This document shows positions 25,565 through 36,920 of a stretch of 64,000 bases of DNA, in pieces. Both the position numbers and the translations under genes were made by a program. How positions within the stretch are numbered: position 1 is the first letter of the stretch; each line of letters opens with the position of its first letter. The stretch is from Squalus acanthias. Lineage: Eukaryota. The DNA lies in NCBI GenBank assembly GCA_030390025.1, contig CM059432.1, positions 5,642,001 to 5,706,000 on the forward strand, read 5' to 3'. A model generated the notes under the pieces. It was not told the origin of the DNA. It was given only the letters and a program-made list of their open reading frames with translations, and made no database searches.

Positions 25565-26678
25565 GGCCCGGATTTTGCGTTAATAATAACGGTGAGGCCG
25601 TCAGCGCTCACGATTATTGTGCAGTAAATCGAACAGCAACTTCTGGAGTACGGACGTGCAGTTAAATGTGGAAATCCAGAAGTTGCGGTCCGAGTTACCC
25701 TGCTCCTCCACAGGCTGCGCTCTTATACGTGCAACGGCATGAAGTTGGGTTACTTACCCACTAAGCACGCCAAAAAAAGTTAGGGCTGGTGCATTCAGGA
25801 GTAAGTGAATTTTTAACGTCAAACAAACTCTCTGGCCCATAAAATTTAATTTTACAAGCGTGGAGTCTCATTCCTTTAGAAGCTAATTAGTGTTGGAGAA
25901 TTTTTTTTAAATTTTAAAATTTTCTTTTACTTTTTCTGTCTGTCTCTTTTATCTCTCTCTCTTAATCCCATCTGTCTTTCCCAATCTTTCTTTCGCTTTT
26001 TGTACATGATTTAAATCTAATTTATACTTCCTAGTTTAGACTCTGTGTCTCAGTGAGGATTATTTTTTTAAATTCGTTTATGGGATGTGGGCATCGCTGG
26101 CAAGGCCAGCATTTACTGCCCATCCCTAGTTGCCCTTGAGAAGGTGGTGAGCCGCCTTCTTGAACCGCTGCAGTCCGTGTGGTGATGGTACTTCCACAGT
26201 GCTGTTGGGGAGGGAGTTCCAGGATTTTGACCCAGCGACGATGAAGGATCGGCGATATATTTCCAAGTCAGGATGGTGTGTGACTCAGAGGGCAACTTGG
26301 AGGTGGTGGCGTTCCCATGTGCCTGCTGCCCTTGTCCTTCTAGGTGGAAGAGGTCGCGGGTTTGGGAGGTGCTGCCGAAGAAGCCTTGGCGAGTTGCTGC
26401 AGTGCATCTTGTAGATGGTACACACTGCAGCTACGGTACGCCGGTGGTGGAGGGAGTGAATGTTTAAGGTGGTGGATGGGGTGCCAATCAAGCGGGCTGC
26501 TTTGTCCTGGATTCCTCAATCTGATTGGTTGAAGAGCCTCGCTGTTTCTTGTCCTGCTCACAGATGTCACAGACTAGAGCAAGTCTCCGCTTTAAAGCCC
26601 ACAAAAACTCCGTGGGCAGCTGTCAGTGAGGTGAACGGAGAGAGCCGTTCCTTCGCCGCTGACCGCAAAATCAAGGCC
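25565..26678 (+). mobile_element. Non-autonomous TIR element (GGCC-ended, Harbinger-like), interrupted by a LINE fragment at 26070-26510
   Basis: Ends GGCCCGGATTTTGCG / CGCAAAATCAAGGCC; both termini homologous to the reverse complement of 63023-63744; partial copy ends at ~30441. Confidence 0.6.
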
Positions 26679-27129
26679 AATATAGCTCAGAAATGAAAAA
26701 GGGCCACTTTGGTAAAGTGACTGTGGAACTGAACCCCAGAACAACAGGAGATGGGGAAGAGAAAAGTACAAAGAAATATTGAATAATGAAAGTAAATGAT
26801 TAAATAAAATGATACATCTATAACTTGCACTCCTGGACTATGTCAGCAATTTGTTACTGATCACATGGCACTGGCAATTGAGCAGCTTTGTTAAACAGCT
26901 ACTTGTTATTTAATGGCAAATAAATAGACAGGCCAAGAATTGATATAACTAACATTGCAAAATCTGCACTGTGCACATTGCACAATTCCAAATTTATTCG
27001 ATTTGTGAGTCACCTGCAAAACCCAATTAAAACACAGTTTTACTGCTTTAAAAAAAAACTCACACCAGGTAGGTCCAATTGTAACTGAGGGCAGCAAGGC
27101 TGTTCCAGCAATTTAAGCCCTATTGTGAG

Positions 27130-27263
27130 CAATGTTCCCTGCCAGTTTTTTTTTGGGTGTGCGGCTCCTTTAAGGGTCTGCGCAGCCCATTCTAACTTCC
27201 CCGCATGCATGGTTTTCTCATTGAAGAAACCGGCAAATCGGCCTGCGCAGGAGAGGAACATCG
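27130..27263. mobile_element. hAT-type MITE
   Basis: TIR CAATGTTCC...GGAACATCG; flanks ATTGTGAG/ACTGTGAG (7/8 TSD). Confidence 0.7.
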
Positions 27264-28626
27264 ACTGTGAGCCTTTAATACCATGCTACCTTACAGGGCT
27301 CCTGCTGACTGCGGTCCCAACTTTAGCAGCTGCACTGCAAGGTAACTGACGCAGCAATTTACGCGGGATTTTCCACTAGCACCGAGGGCAGCTGCGGAAT
27401 ACTTCTTCCCCAATATGGGTGGCCATATGCTGATAACACACAAACTAGGAGAACACACAAACTAGGAGACAACTACGAGAACAACTTGTATTTATATAGC
27501 ACCTTTAACGTAGTGAAACGTCCCCAGGCGCTTCACAGGAGCGATTATCAGACAAAAATCAGACACTGAGCCACATAAGGAGATATTAGGACAGGTGACC
27601 AAAAGCTTGGTCAAAAGAGGTAGGTTTTAAAGGAGCGTCTTAATGGAGAGAGACGTAAAGAGGCGGAGAGGAAATTCCAGAGCTTAGGGCCCAGGCAGCT
27701 GAAGGCACGGACGCCGATGGTGCAGCGATGGAAATCAGGGACACGCAAGAGGCCAGAATTGGAGGAGCGCAGAGATCATCGTGCACCATATTTCCCCCAT
27801 CATCTGCGTCCTAGCGATGCTGTGATCCTGGTGATCAGTGTTGCCATTAAAAGAAAACACAAAATTAACAGCAATCTTAAGACGCTGGTTGAAGGTTTAC
27901 CGTTACCTTGCTGATGGATAGTAAGGAGCTTAAAAATCACAGGTGGTTAAGGTGTGCTATTGGGAAAAATTGGTCAGTTCAGATCATCAACCATCAGAAC
28001 AGAGCAAATGTTAACAAACATGATTCAGACACGCAGCACGTGCAGTCCATCCTGACATTTTAAAGAGATTAATATCTGCAACGGGTTATCAATTTTTTAA
28101 AACTATTAATGTGCAAGCCCTGCTGTCATTGTATCTTTGTTGCATATCACTAAAAGGCAGGGGGGCGGGGGGGGGGGGCGGAGTTAGTACAAGATTAGGA
28201 CACAAGACCAGGATACTTATAGGTACAATGAGATGGGGGGGAAACTCCTTCTTGCAAAGTTAAATCACAATTAAACTTAGTATAGTTCCTCAGTTTTGTT
28301 TTCATCAATATTTTAAAAATAAACATGATGTTCTCAAAACTCAAGTTGTAGGAAATCATGTCTAGCAGTTCCACAGCCATTCCAAACTCAAAAGATCATT
28401 GCTGCACAAGTGTGATATTTTACCATTTCCAACGCCAGCCACGCTATTGCCAATTTAGTGCTGAATTGGGGGGGGGGGGGTTTAATGCTGTGGCCTATGC
28501 TCACCAAGCGTTGCATTCAGACTACCCAAACTCATTCCACATAGAGCCCTTAACAGCCAAAGGAGTAAATTTTCATCCGATCAGCCAGATCTCTCCAAGT
28601 TAAAAACCACTGCCTTGCCATCGTCA

Positions 28627-28629
28627 GCC

Positions 28630-28671
<42 letters not shown>

Positions 28672-29087
28672 GTGGGTTCAAACCCCACTCCAGAGACTTG
28701 AGCACAAAAATCTAGGCTGACACTCCAGTGCAGTATTGAGGGGGTGCTGCACTGTCGGAGGTGCCAGTGTTTTGGATGAGACGTTAAACCGAGGCTCCGT
28801 CTGCCCTCTCAAGTAAAAGATCCCATGATATTATATTGAAGAAGAGCAGGGGAGTTCTCCCCGGTGTCCTGGCCAATATTTACCCCTCAATCAACTTCAC
28901 AAAAAAACCCAGATTATCTGGTCCTTATCACATTGCTGTTTGTGGGAGCTTGCTGTGCGCAAACTGGCTGCCACGTTTCCTACATTACAACAGTGACTCC
29001 ACTTCAAAAAGTACTTCATTGGCTGTAAAGCGCTTTGGGACGTCCTGAGGTCATGAAAGGCGCTGTAGAAATGCAAGTCTTTCTTTA
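28627..29087 (+). mobile_element. tRNA-derived DeuSINE (SacSINE1-like), full length
   Basis: A box gtggctcagtgggtag, B box gggttcaaaccc, Deu-domain ggatgagacgttaaaccgagg...gaagaagagcaggggagttctccccggtgtcctggccaatattta, L2-like tail. Confidence 0.85.
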
Positions 29088-30084
29088 AGAGAAGGCCCAT
29101 TGAGTAACTCAGTAATAGCTCAGGAGCCTGTGCGACTAATGATGTAGTCGCTCTGGCATGCAGGCGTCAGAGCACGTTATGGACTGGTCCAAAGGTTACA
29201 GGATCAGGGAAAGCTCCGCATAGCTATGTCTGGATTCTCCTGAATTGATAGATAATTCTCCAGCTACGAGGAATCAGGACAATTATCAGCAGTTCAATTT
29301 GACAGGCTACAGAACCCACTACGCTGTAGAACAGAAATCAGAACAGGAGGCAAAATACTGAGTTTTAACAATAGAGAATATAAAGTAAATCTGACCATTA
29401 CAATGTTGCAACAACTTGTATTTATATAGCGCCTTTAACATAGTAAAACATCCCAAGGTGCTTCACAGGAGCGATTATCAAACAAAATTTGACACCGAGC
29501 CACACAAGGAAAAATTAGGGCAGGTGACCAAAAGCTTGGTCAAAGAGGTAGATTTTAAGGAGCATCTTAAAGGAGGAAAGGGAGGCAGAGGCGCGGAGAG
29601 GTTTAGGGAGGGAATTCCAGAGCTTACACCCATAAACCAAAAGTACAGTACTTCAATATAACCCCAACACACTAATCTGTGTCTGCCTACAGTACCTGTA
29701 AATGCCAAGTCTGAGTGGGGCTTTGGGAGTATATGCAAAAGTCCGCTTTGTAGCCATATTGTCCCCGCTTACAGTTTTCTGGATCAGTTTAGTATTAATA
29801 GCAACAAAGTGACCTCTAGAACATGCTATTGCCAGAACATCGATAGCAGCCTTTATCACTTTACGCAACATTGCTCTTGGTGTGAAAATGTCTGAATTAT
29901 ACGACTCTTCCATTGCCAAGATTATTTTGCAGAAAATGATTTTTTTTTGCTAAACTGCTCCAGTTTTTCCTTTTCTTTTTGTCTCTTCTCTCTCAATCCC
30001 ATCTTTCTCTCTCTTTATTTTGCTTCCTGTACATGATTTTACATTGAATTAAATATTTTAACCTGGTTTAGACTGCGTCTCAGT

Positions 30085-30221
30085 CAACATTCCCGCTAAG
30101 CCTTGCACTTCTCTGCCGGTCCCGCGCAGCCCGGGACCAGCTTTTCTAATGTTAAATTTTGCGCAGTTCGCGAAACTGTGAATGGGCCGTGCACCCCAAA
30201 AAAAAGTTAGAATGAACATTG
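30085..30221. mobile_element. hAT-type MITE with a perfect 8-bp TSD
   Basis: GTCTCAGT at 30077-30084 and 30222-30229; ends CAACATTC...GAACATTG. Confidence 0.75.
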
Positions 30222-30511
30222 GTCTCAGTAAGGATTCGTCAATCGGATTGATTAATGAGATGCGCAGTTGCTTGCCCTGTTCACAGGTCCCAGAGTTCCA
30301 GAGTTCCTGTAGAGGGCGCTGGTTCGGCTCTCTAATTACCAGAAATCACAGCGTAAAATTCCACAGAAATTCTGCGGGCAAGTGTAAGGGCAATGAACGG
30401 TGAGCGCCAGGTCGTTCACCGCTGACCGCAAAATCCAGGGCATCGAGTCTCCATCTGCCCAATATGGAGTGCACTCTCTCCTCATAGGACACACCCCATT
30501 GTATGTGTCAT

Positions 30512-30803
30512 ACGTGGCTCAGTGGGTAGCACTCTTGCCTCGGAGTCATGAAGGTTGTGGGTTCAAGTCCCACTCCAGGAGACTTGAGCACAAAATAAAA
30601 ATCAATATTTATCACTCAAACAATATCACTAATACAGATTATCTGGTCATTATCACATTGCTGTTTGTGGGGGGTTGCTGTGCGCAAATTGGCTGCTGTG
30701 ATTCTGACATTACAACAGTGACTTCAAAAATACTTCACTGGCTGTAAAGTGCTTTGGGACGCCCTCTAGTTGAGAAGGGCGCTATAGAAATGCAAGTCTT
30801 TTT
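30512..30803 (+). mobile_element. DeuSINE with internal deletion
   Basis: Same head and tail as 28627-29087; central part missing. Confidence 0.75.
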
Positions 30804-31016
30804 ACACTTGAAAAGTCATGCATTGACTGCGAAGCGCTTTAGGACGTGCAAACGACACGGAAGGCACTACAGAAATGCAAGCTCCCTCTTTCCTAACACA
30901 GACTTCATTTTTTTGAAAGTTTCCATGATCTGTTGAGAGGTGAGTGGGGAAGGTGATACAGTCCTGGCTTGTTGCTCCAGAGGACCTTGTACTGTGCCCA
31001 TATGTATTTCTTCACT

Positions 31017-31053
31017 TCACCTGACGAAGGAGCAGCGCTCCGAAAGCTTGTGA
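31017..31053 (+). ncRNA. Minimal hammerhead ribozyme motif, second Penelope family
   Basis: TCAC-CTGACGA-A-GGAGC-AGC-GCTCC-GAAA-GC-TT-GTGA, followed by AATAAA (caaataaagctgttggactataacc). Confidence 0.75.
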
Positions 31054-31365
31054 TTTCAAATAAAGCTGTTGGACTATAACCTAGTGTTGTGCGACTTCTC
31101 ACTTTTGTGCAACAATTAGGCATAGCTACTTCTTTTAAAGCAACAACTTGCATTTTTATATAACGCCTTTCAGGATGTCTCAAAGTGCTTTACAGACAAT
31201 GAAGTACTTTTGAAGTGCAGTCACTGTTGCAAGGTAGGAGTTTTAATTGAAGATGCACCCAACGTGCAAAAAAAAAAGTTCCATATGTTTAAAGGAGATT
31301 GCAATCTATATCATTGTTAGAAACTATGCAATCTCACTCCTCTGGAAGCTGCCACCAGAATTTAC

Positions 31366-31430
31366 CTATAGGGACCGATTGCTCCCGGTGCCTTGCTGGT
31401 GCTGATGATCCTCCTCACTAGCGCTGCCAT
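31366..31430 (-). CDS. RIDA: RIDA coding exon 1 ([22 protein letters not shown])
   Basis: ATG at 31430-31428 with an in-frame upstream TGA at 31484-31482; donor AG|gtaaa; 65 nt. Confidence 0.96.
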
Positions 31431-32150
31431 TCTATCCGGACAAGGTTCGCAAGCTGGACGGCCACCTGACCCACCGACCCTTCAGTCCCAGAATAGCGAA
31501 TAGTGCGCGCATGCGACATCGGGTAGGTAAAGGGGAGGGGGGGAGCCGCGCTGCACCTCGGGATTCGTAGTTCCAACCGGACACATCTCCCATAATGCCG
31601 CCGTGGCGCAGCCGCAGTGCGCCGCTCTTCCACCCGGAGAGAAGGGGGCGTGCGCGCCTGTTTGATTGGCAGCGAGCGGCTCGCGATCCCCCACGTGATT
31701 GGCGGTTTGTCCCAGCCCGCTCGCTCAGTGTGCAGTTGGTTGACTGCAGTCGTTCCAACACTTTCCTGTGAAAGTGTCGTTGGAGGCTCGGTAAGTTTCT
31801 TTGACAAGTCACAATGTGACCGGGACCCGGCGGAGAGTTTCGGATTTAAAAAAAATAAAATATGAATGTTGCAGCGTCCCGTGTGGGGGGTAACTGTTGA
31901 CCACGAGTGCATAATTGCCATCGAGACGCACGCGCACTTCCACCGCATCGAGGTCGCGCATCGCCGCGGTGCACCGGGTTTGCGCACGCGCAATGCCGCA
32001 AGGCTTCGGGTTCGCGCACGCGCACTTTCACCGCATCGAGGTCGCGCACGCGCATTACCGCGGTGCGCCGAGGTCGCGCACGCGCAGTTTGCGCCCTGTA
32101 GACGCCTCCTTAACTCTTCGGCTGCCGGTCCTTGCCCGGAGTCCGCCTTC
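31431..32150. promoter_or_regulatory. CpG island and bidirectional RIDA/POP1 promoter
   Basis: CpG-dense stretch between and just beyond divergent first exons. Motifs: NRF1-like GCGCATGCG 31507-31515, ZNF143-like motifs 31560-31574 and TCCCATAATGC 31588-31598, GC box ~31645, ATTGG (CCAAT) at 31665 and 31698, TCGCGA 31681, CACGTG 31692. Confidence 0.85.
31720..31790 (+). other. POP1: Probable non-coding POP1 exon 1 (start approximate)
   Basis: Strong donor CG|gtaagt at 31790/31791 inside the CpG island. The POP1 ATG exon begins only 2 nt after an acceptor, so an upstream exon is required. Confidence 0.7.
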
Positions 32151-32515
32151 TGTGTGTGTGTTAGTTATTCACACTTATTTCCAGTATGTAAATTTTGACG
32201 TTTGATGCCCCTGCAAAGTTTGAAACTTGGTTTCCACATGAGGTAATTCTGAAGGCCGTGCCTGATCATCTTACCTTGCCCATTAGTCACGTGTCGCTTT
32301 AAAGAGCGAGTCTTGGCGAGCACTTCTTCTGTGGAAGGCTTCACAGATCCTGTTCTCTGCATGTGGGTGCCCTTTGGGAAGGGGGGGAGGGGCGATGCAA
32401 ATCCAGGTCTGAGTGTGGTTAGGTGCATAGTTGGGACTGACATATGAAAGACAACTGAACTTTAAGCAGTCTTTAACAAAAAGTGGCTAGCAAATATTCT
32501 GTTGCTCAATTGTCT

Positions 32516-32938
32516 GCCGTGGCTCAGTGGGTAGCGCAATCGCCTCTGAGTCAGAAGGTTGTGGGTTCAAGTCCCACTCCAGAGACTTAAGCAGAAAAAT
32601 CTAGGCTGACACTCCATTGTGGTACTGAGGGAGCGCTGCACTGTCGGATGTGCCATCTTTCAGTTGAAACGTTAGACCAAGGCCCTGTCTGTGCTCTCAG
32701 GTGGACTTAAAAGATCCCATGGCAATATTTCAAAGAAGAGCAGGGGAGTTATCCCCGGTGTCCTGGCCAATATTTATCTTTCAACCAACATCACTTAAAA
32801 AACAAATTATCTGATCATTTATTTAATTGCTGTTTGTAAATTACAACAGTGACTACACTTCAACAGTACTTCATTGCCTGTAAAAGGTGCTGTGGGACGA
32901 CCTGAGGTTGTGAAAGGCGATATATAAATGTGTCTTTT
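32516..32938 (+). mobile_element. DeuSINE (SacSINE1-like)
   Basis: Same head, core and tail as 28627-29087. Confidence 0.85.
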
Positions 32939-33776
32939 CAATCACCTGCAATTTTCCAGGTTGTGCCAACTTGTGTTGTCTCCCTGCACTGCCAGCAACA
33001 CAGATGTATGCGCATTCTTCCTCCCTGTGGATAGAACGGTGCCTTTTTACAATCCCAACTGCAGAGATGCTGTTTAACTATTTATTCGTATGCATATTGG
33101 ACGTCTGAAAGATTTTTTTCTTCAAAGTCGCAGCCGATATTGTGTCTAGAAACATTCATTTTTTGAGCCTTAAACAGATGCAAAATAAAATTAATTAAGG
33201 ATGCAGGCCAGCTAAGAAAATAAATGAAGTGCTCTGGGATCCCTGCAGTGATATAATGCAGTAAAGGAGATTATTGGGTGGGGTTGTGGAGACAGAATCT
33301 TCTGGCTATAAGTGGGCCAAAATATTGCTTGCTTCCTTTTCTTATGCTACCATTAATGAATGGAGTTGAGTTAATTTCCCTCAGTATTGTAAGTAAACAT
33401 CCTTACTGCACTCACTCTGGTTTCTTTTAGTCCATTAATGTCAAAAAACAAAATTTTAAAATTCTCATTGTTCTTTTACTGCGTTAAAGGCGCTATATAA
33501 ATACAAGTTGTTAATATTGGCGAATAATTTCAGGACTACCAGCTGTTAAAAGCATGCCGATTACCTTACAAGATACTTAGCAGCAACTGAAGCAGAAAAG
33601 GTGGCAAAAACATTGTCACTGCATTGCTGATGAGCTTAAATGATTCCACCCCCTTTTGTACAAGCAGCTTCACTTACCATAAGAACATAAGAAATAGCAG
33701 CGGGAGTAGGCCATGTGGCCCCTCGAGCCTGCTCCGCCATTCAATAAGATAATGGCTGAACTTCTACATCAACTAA

Positions 33777-36450
33777 GATAATCGGGGGGCAGTACTGTGT
33801 GGCGGGGGCAGGTTGGTAGAGGACCTTTGTCTCACGGATGTTTAGTGTAAGGCCCATGCTCTTGTACGCTTCGGTGAAGGTGTTGACGATGGTTTGGAGT
33901 TCGACCTCCGAGTGAGTGCAGACGCAAGCGTCGTCTGCATACTGTAATTCGACGACAGAGGATGGGACGACCTTGGATCTGGACTGGAGGCGACGGAGGT
34001 TGAACAGTTTCCCGTTTGTTCTGTAAATTAGCTCCATTCCAGTGGGTAGCTTACTGAGGGTGAGATGGAGCATTGCAGCAAGGAAGATCGAGAAGAGCGT
34101 TGGTGCGATGACACAGCCTTGCTTGACCCCGGTTCGTATGTGAATTGGGTCTGTGGTGGAACCGTTGGTCAGGATCACAGCTTGCATGTCGTCGTGAAGC
34201 AGGCGGAGGATGGTGACAAACTTTTGAGGGCAGCCGAATTTGAGGAGGACACTCCATAATCCCTCACGGTTGACAGTGTCGAAGGCCTTTGTGAGATCAA
34301 AGAAGGCCATGTACAGCGGTTGATGCTGTTCCCTGCATTTCTCTTGTAATTGACGCACGGTGAAGATCATGTCCATTGTGCCCCTTAGTGGGCGGAATCC
34401 GCATTGCGACTCTGGGAGGAGCTCTTCGGCCACTGGGAGAAGGCGATTGAGGAGGATTATTGCGATGACTTTCCCTGTGGCAGACAGCAGGGAAACTCCT
34501 CTAATTACCGCAATCTGACTTGTCACCTTTCTTGAAGATGGTCACAATTACGGCGTCTGAGATCCCCTGGCATGCTCTCCTCCTTCCAGATAAGAGAAAT
34601 GAGTTCATGAATTCGCACCAGTAGTGCTTCTCCGCCATGCTTTAGTGCCTCAGCGGGGATTCCATCTGCTCCTGAGGCCTTGTTGTTCTTCAGTTGTCGG
34701 ATGGCCTTTTCAACCTCATGCCGGGCTGGGGTTGTGCTGAGATGGTGGTGGGTAGCATGCTGCGGGATGGAGTTGAGGACACTCGCGTCGAAGACAGAGT
34801 CGCGGTTAAGGAGATCTTCGAAGTGCTCCTTCCAGCGGGCACTGACTGTCTCTCTGTCCTTGATGAGTACCACTCCGTTCTTGGCCTGCAGTGGGGTAGA
34901 GCCTTGGGTGCTTGGGCCGTAGATGGTCTTGACTGCGCTAAAGAATCCACGCACGCCGTGGTTGTCGGCTAGCTGCTGGATCTCCTGCGCTTTCTCCACC
35001 CACCATCTGTTCTTTAGGTCGCGAGTTTTTTGTTGGACCTCAGCCTTCAGGCATCTGTAGAGCTGCTTTCTTACTCTCGAGTTCTGTTGCTGTTTCCAGA
35101 TCAGGAATGCCTTGCGCTTGCGGCTTATTAGCTCCTGGATCTCCTGGTCATTCTCGTCGAACCAGTCTTGGTGTTTCCTGGTCGAGTGACCGAGCGTCTC
35201 TTCACAGGTGCTGATTATGGAGGCCTTGAGTGCAGACCAGGCGCTGTGGGCACTCTGTGTCTCTGCATCACTGGGAGTCGTCAGGTTGTTTGTGAGGCGC
35301 AGGCTGAATAGGGCTTTCTTAGCGGGGTCTTTGAGTGCTCCGGCGTTAATTTTCCTGCGGCATTGTTTCTGTTGCCGCTGCTATTTTGGGGCTACATTGA
35401 TGGCGATGACAGAGCGGATTAGGCGGTGGTCTGTCCAGCAGTCGTCAGCTCCTGTCATGGCGCGGGTGATGCGGACGTCCTTGCGGTCCCTCGCTCGGAC
35501 GATGACGTAGTCCAGCAGATGCCAGTGCTTGGAGCGAGGGTGCTGCCATGAAGCCTTGTACTTTTCTCTCTGACGGGACAAGGTGTTGGTTATGACGAGG
35601 CCATGTTCTAAGCATAAACGACAAGGCCTTGGACAACGTGGACCACTTTCCATACCTCGGGAGCCTACTGTCAACAAGGGCAGACATCGATGACGAAGTT
35701 CAACACCGCCTTCAGTGTGCCAGTGCAGCCTTCGGTCGCCTGAGGAAGAGAGTGTTTGAAGACCAGGACCTCAAACCCGGCACTAAGCTCATGGTCTACA
35801 GAGCAGCAGTGATACCCGCCCTGCTGTATGGTGTTGTGCGACCTCTCAAGTATGCCTCAGAGACATGGGCCATGTACAGCAGGCACCTCAAAGCACTGGA
35901 GAGGTACCACCAACGCTGCCTCCGCAAGATCCTGCGAATCCATTGGCAGGATAGGAGCACCAACGTCAGTGTTCTCGCTCAGGCCAGCATCCCCAGCATC
36001 GAAGCTTTGACCACGCTCGATCAGCTCCGATGGACGGGTCACATCGTCCGCATGCCCGATACGAGACTCCCAAAACAAGCGCTCTACTCGGAGCTCTGGC
36101 ACGGCAAGAGAGCCCCAGGTGGGCAGAGGAAACGCTTCAAGGACACCCTCAAAGCCTCCTTGAAAAAGTGTAACATCCCCACCGACACCTGGGAATCCCT
36201 GGCCCAAGACCGCACAAAGTGGAGGAGAAGCATCCGGGAAGGCGCCAAACACCTCGAGTCTCTTCACCGGGAGCAAGCGGAAGCCAAGTGCAAGGAGCGC
36301 ACGTCAACCCAAGCACCCCACCGTCTGCCCCACCTGTGACAGAGACTGTAGGTCCCGCATTGGACTCATCAGTCACCTGAGAACTGATTTTTAATGTGGA
36401 AGCAAGTCATCCTCGGTTCCGAGGGACTGCCTAAGAAGAGAAGGAGAAGA
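33777..36450. mobile_element. RTE-clade LINE with 5' inversion (minus 33777-35615, plus 35614-36450)
   Basis: Minus part: endonuclease end (WHLLDYVIVR, TDHRLI) and RT (PESQCGFR, FFDLTKAFDTV, GVKQGCVIAPTLF, LQYADD). Plus part: VDHFPYLGS...QLRWTGHIVRM...GGQRKRFKD, then an AAG/AG-rich tail. Confidence 0.9.
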
Positions 36451-36920
36451 ACACCTTGCCATCCCGAAAATGACCCGTTTATTCCTACTCTGTTTTCTGT
36501 CCGTTAACCAATCCTTAATGCTAATATACTACCACCAATCCCATGAGCCCTAATCTTGTGTAACAACCTCTTGTGTGGCACCTTATCGAATGCCTTCTGA
36601 AAATCCAAATATACTACATCCATTGGTTCCCTCTTATCTACCCTGCTAGTTACACCCTCAAAAAACTTTGTCAAACACAATTTCCCTTTCATAAAACCGT
36701 GTTGACTCTGCCGAGTCGTATTGTGATTTTCCAAGTGCCCTGTTGCCATGTCCAAATAATGGATTCCAGCATTTTCCCGACGACTGATGTCAGGCTAACT
36801 GGCCTATAGTTCCCAGTTTTCTCTCTTCCCTCCTTTCTTGAACAGCGGTGTTACATTTGCTACCTTCCAATCCATTGGAACCGTTCTAGAATCTAGGGAT
36901 TTCTGGAAGATCAAAACCAT
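36451..36920 (-). mobile_element. CR1 RT-region fragment
   Basis: QSQHGFMKGK, VYLDFQKAFDKVPH, DWKVANVTPLFKKG. Confidence 0.85.

Larger units (their letters stand above)
12215..31430 (-). other. RIDA: RIDA (HRSP12) gene span, 6 coding exons, 141-aa reactive intermediate imine deaminase A
   Basis: Exons of 65+106+55+69+56+75 = 426 nt splice to [141 protein letters not shown]. RidA motifs GPYSQ, SGQ, FPAR and VEIE are intact. Confidence 0.97.

Noticed and set aside
28627..28700. tRNA gene
   Set aside because: The A/B boxes continue into a Deu core and L2-like tail and recur several times; this is a SINE head (likewise 15285-15354).
29653..29919. 88-aa minus-strand ORF in RIDA intron 1
   Set aside because: No recognisable motif; length is compatible with chance.
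31418..32205. Several 60-190 aa ORFs over the promoter
   Set aside because: A GC-rich CpG island depletes stop codons; no recognisable protein, and they conflict with the RIDA/POP1 exon structure.
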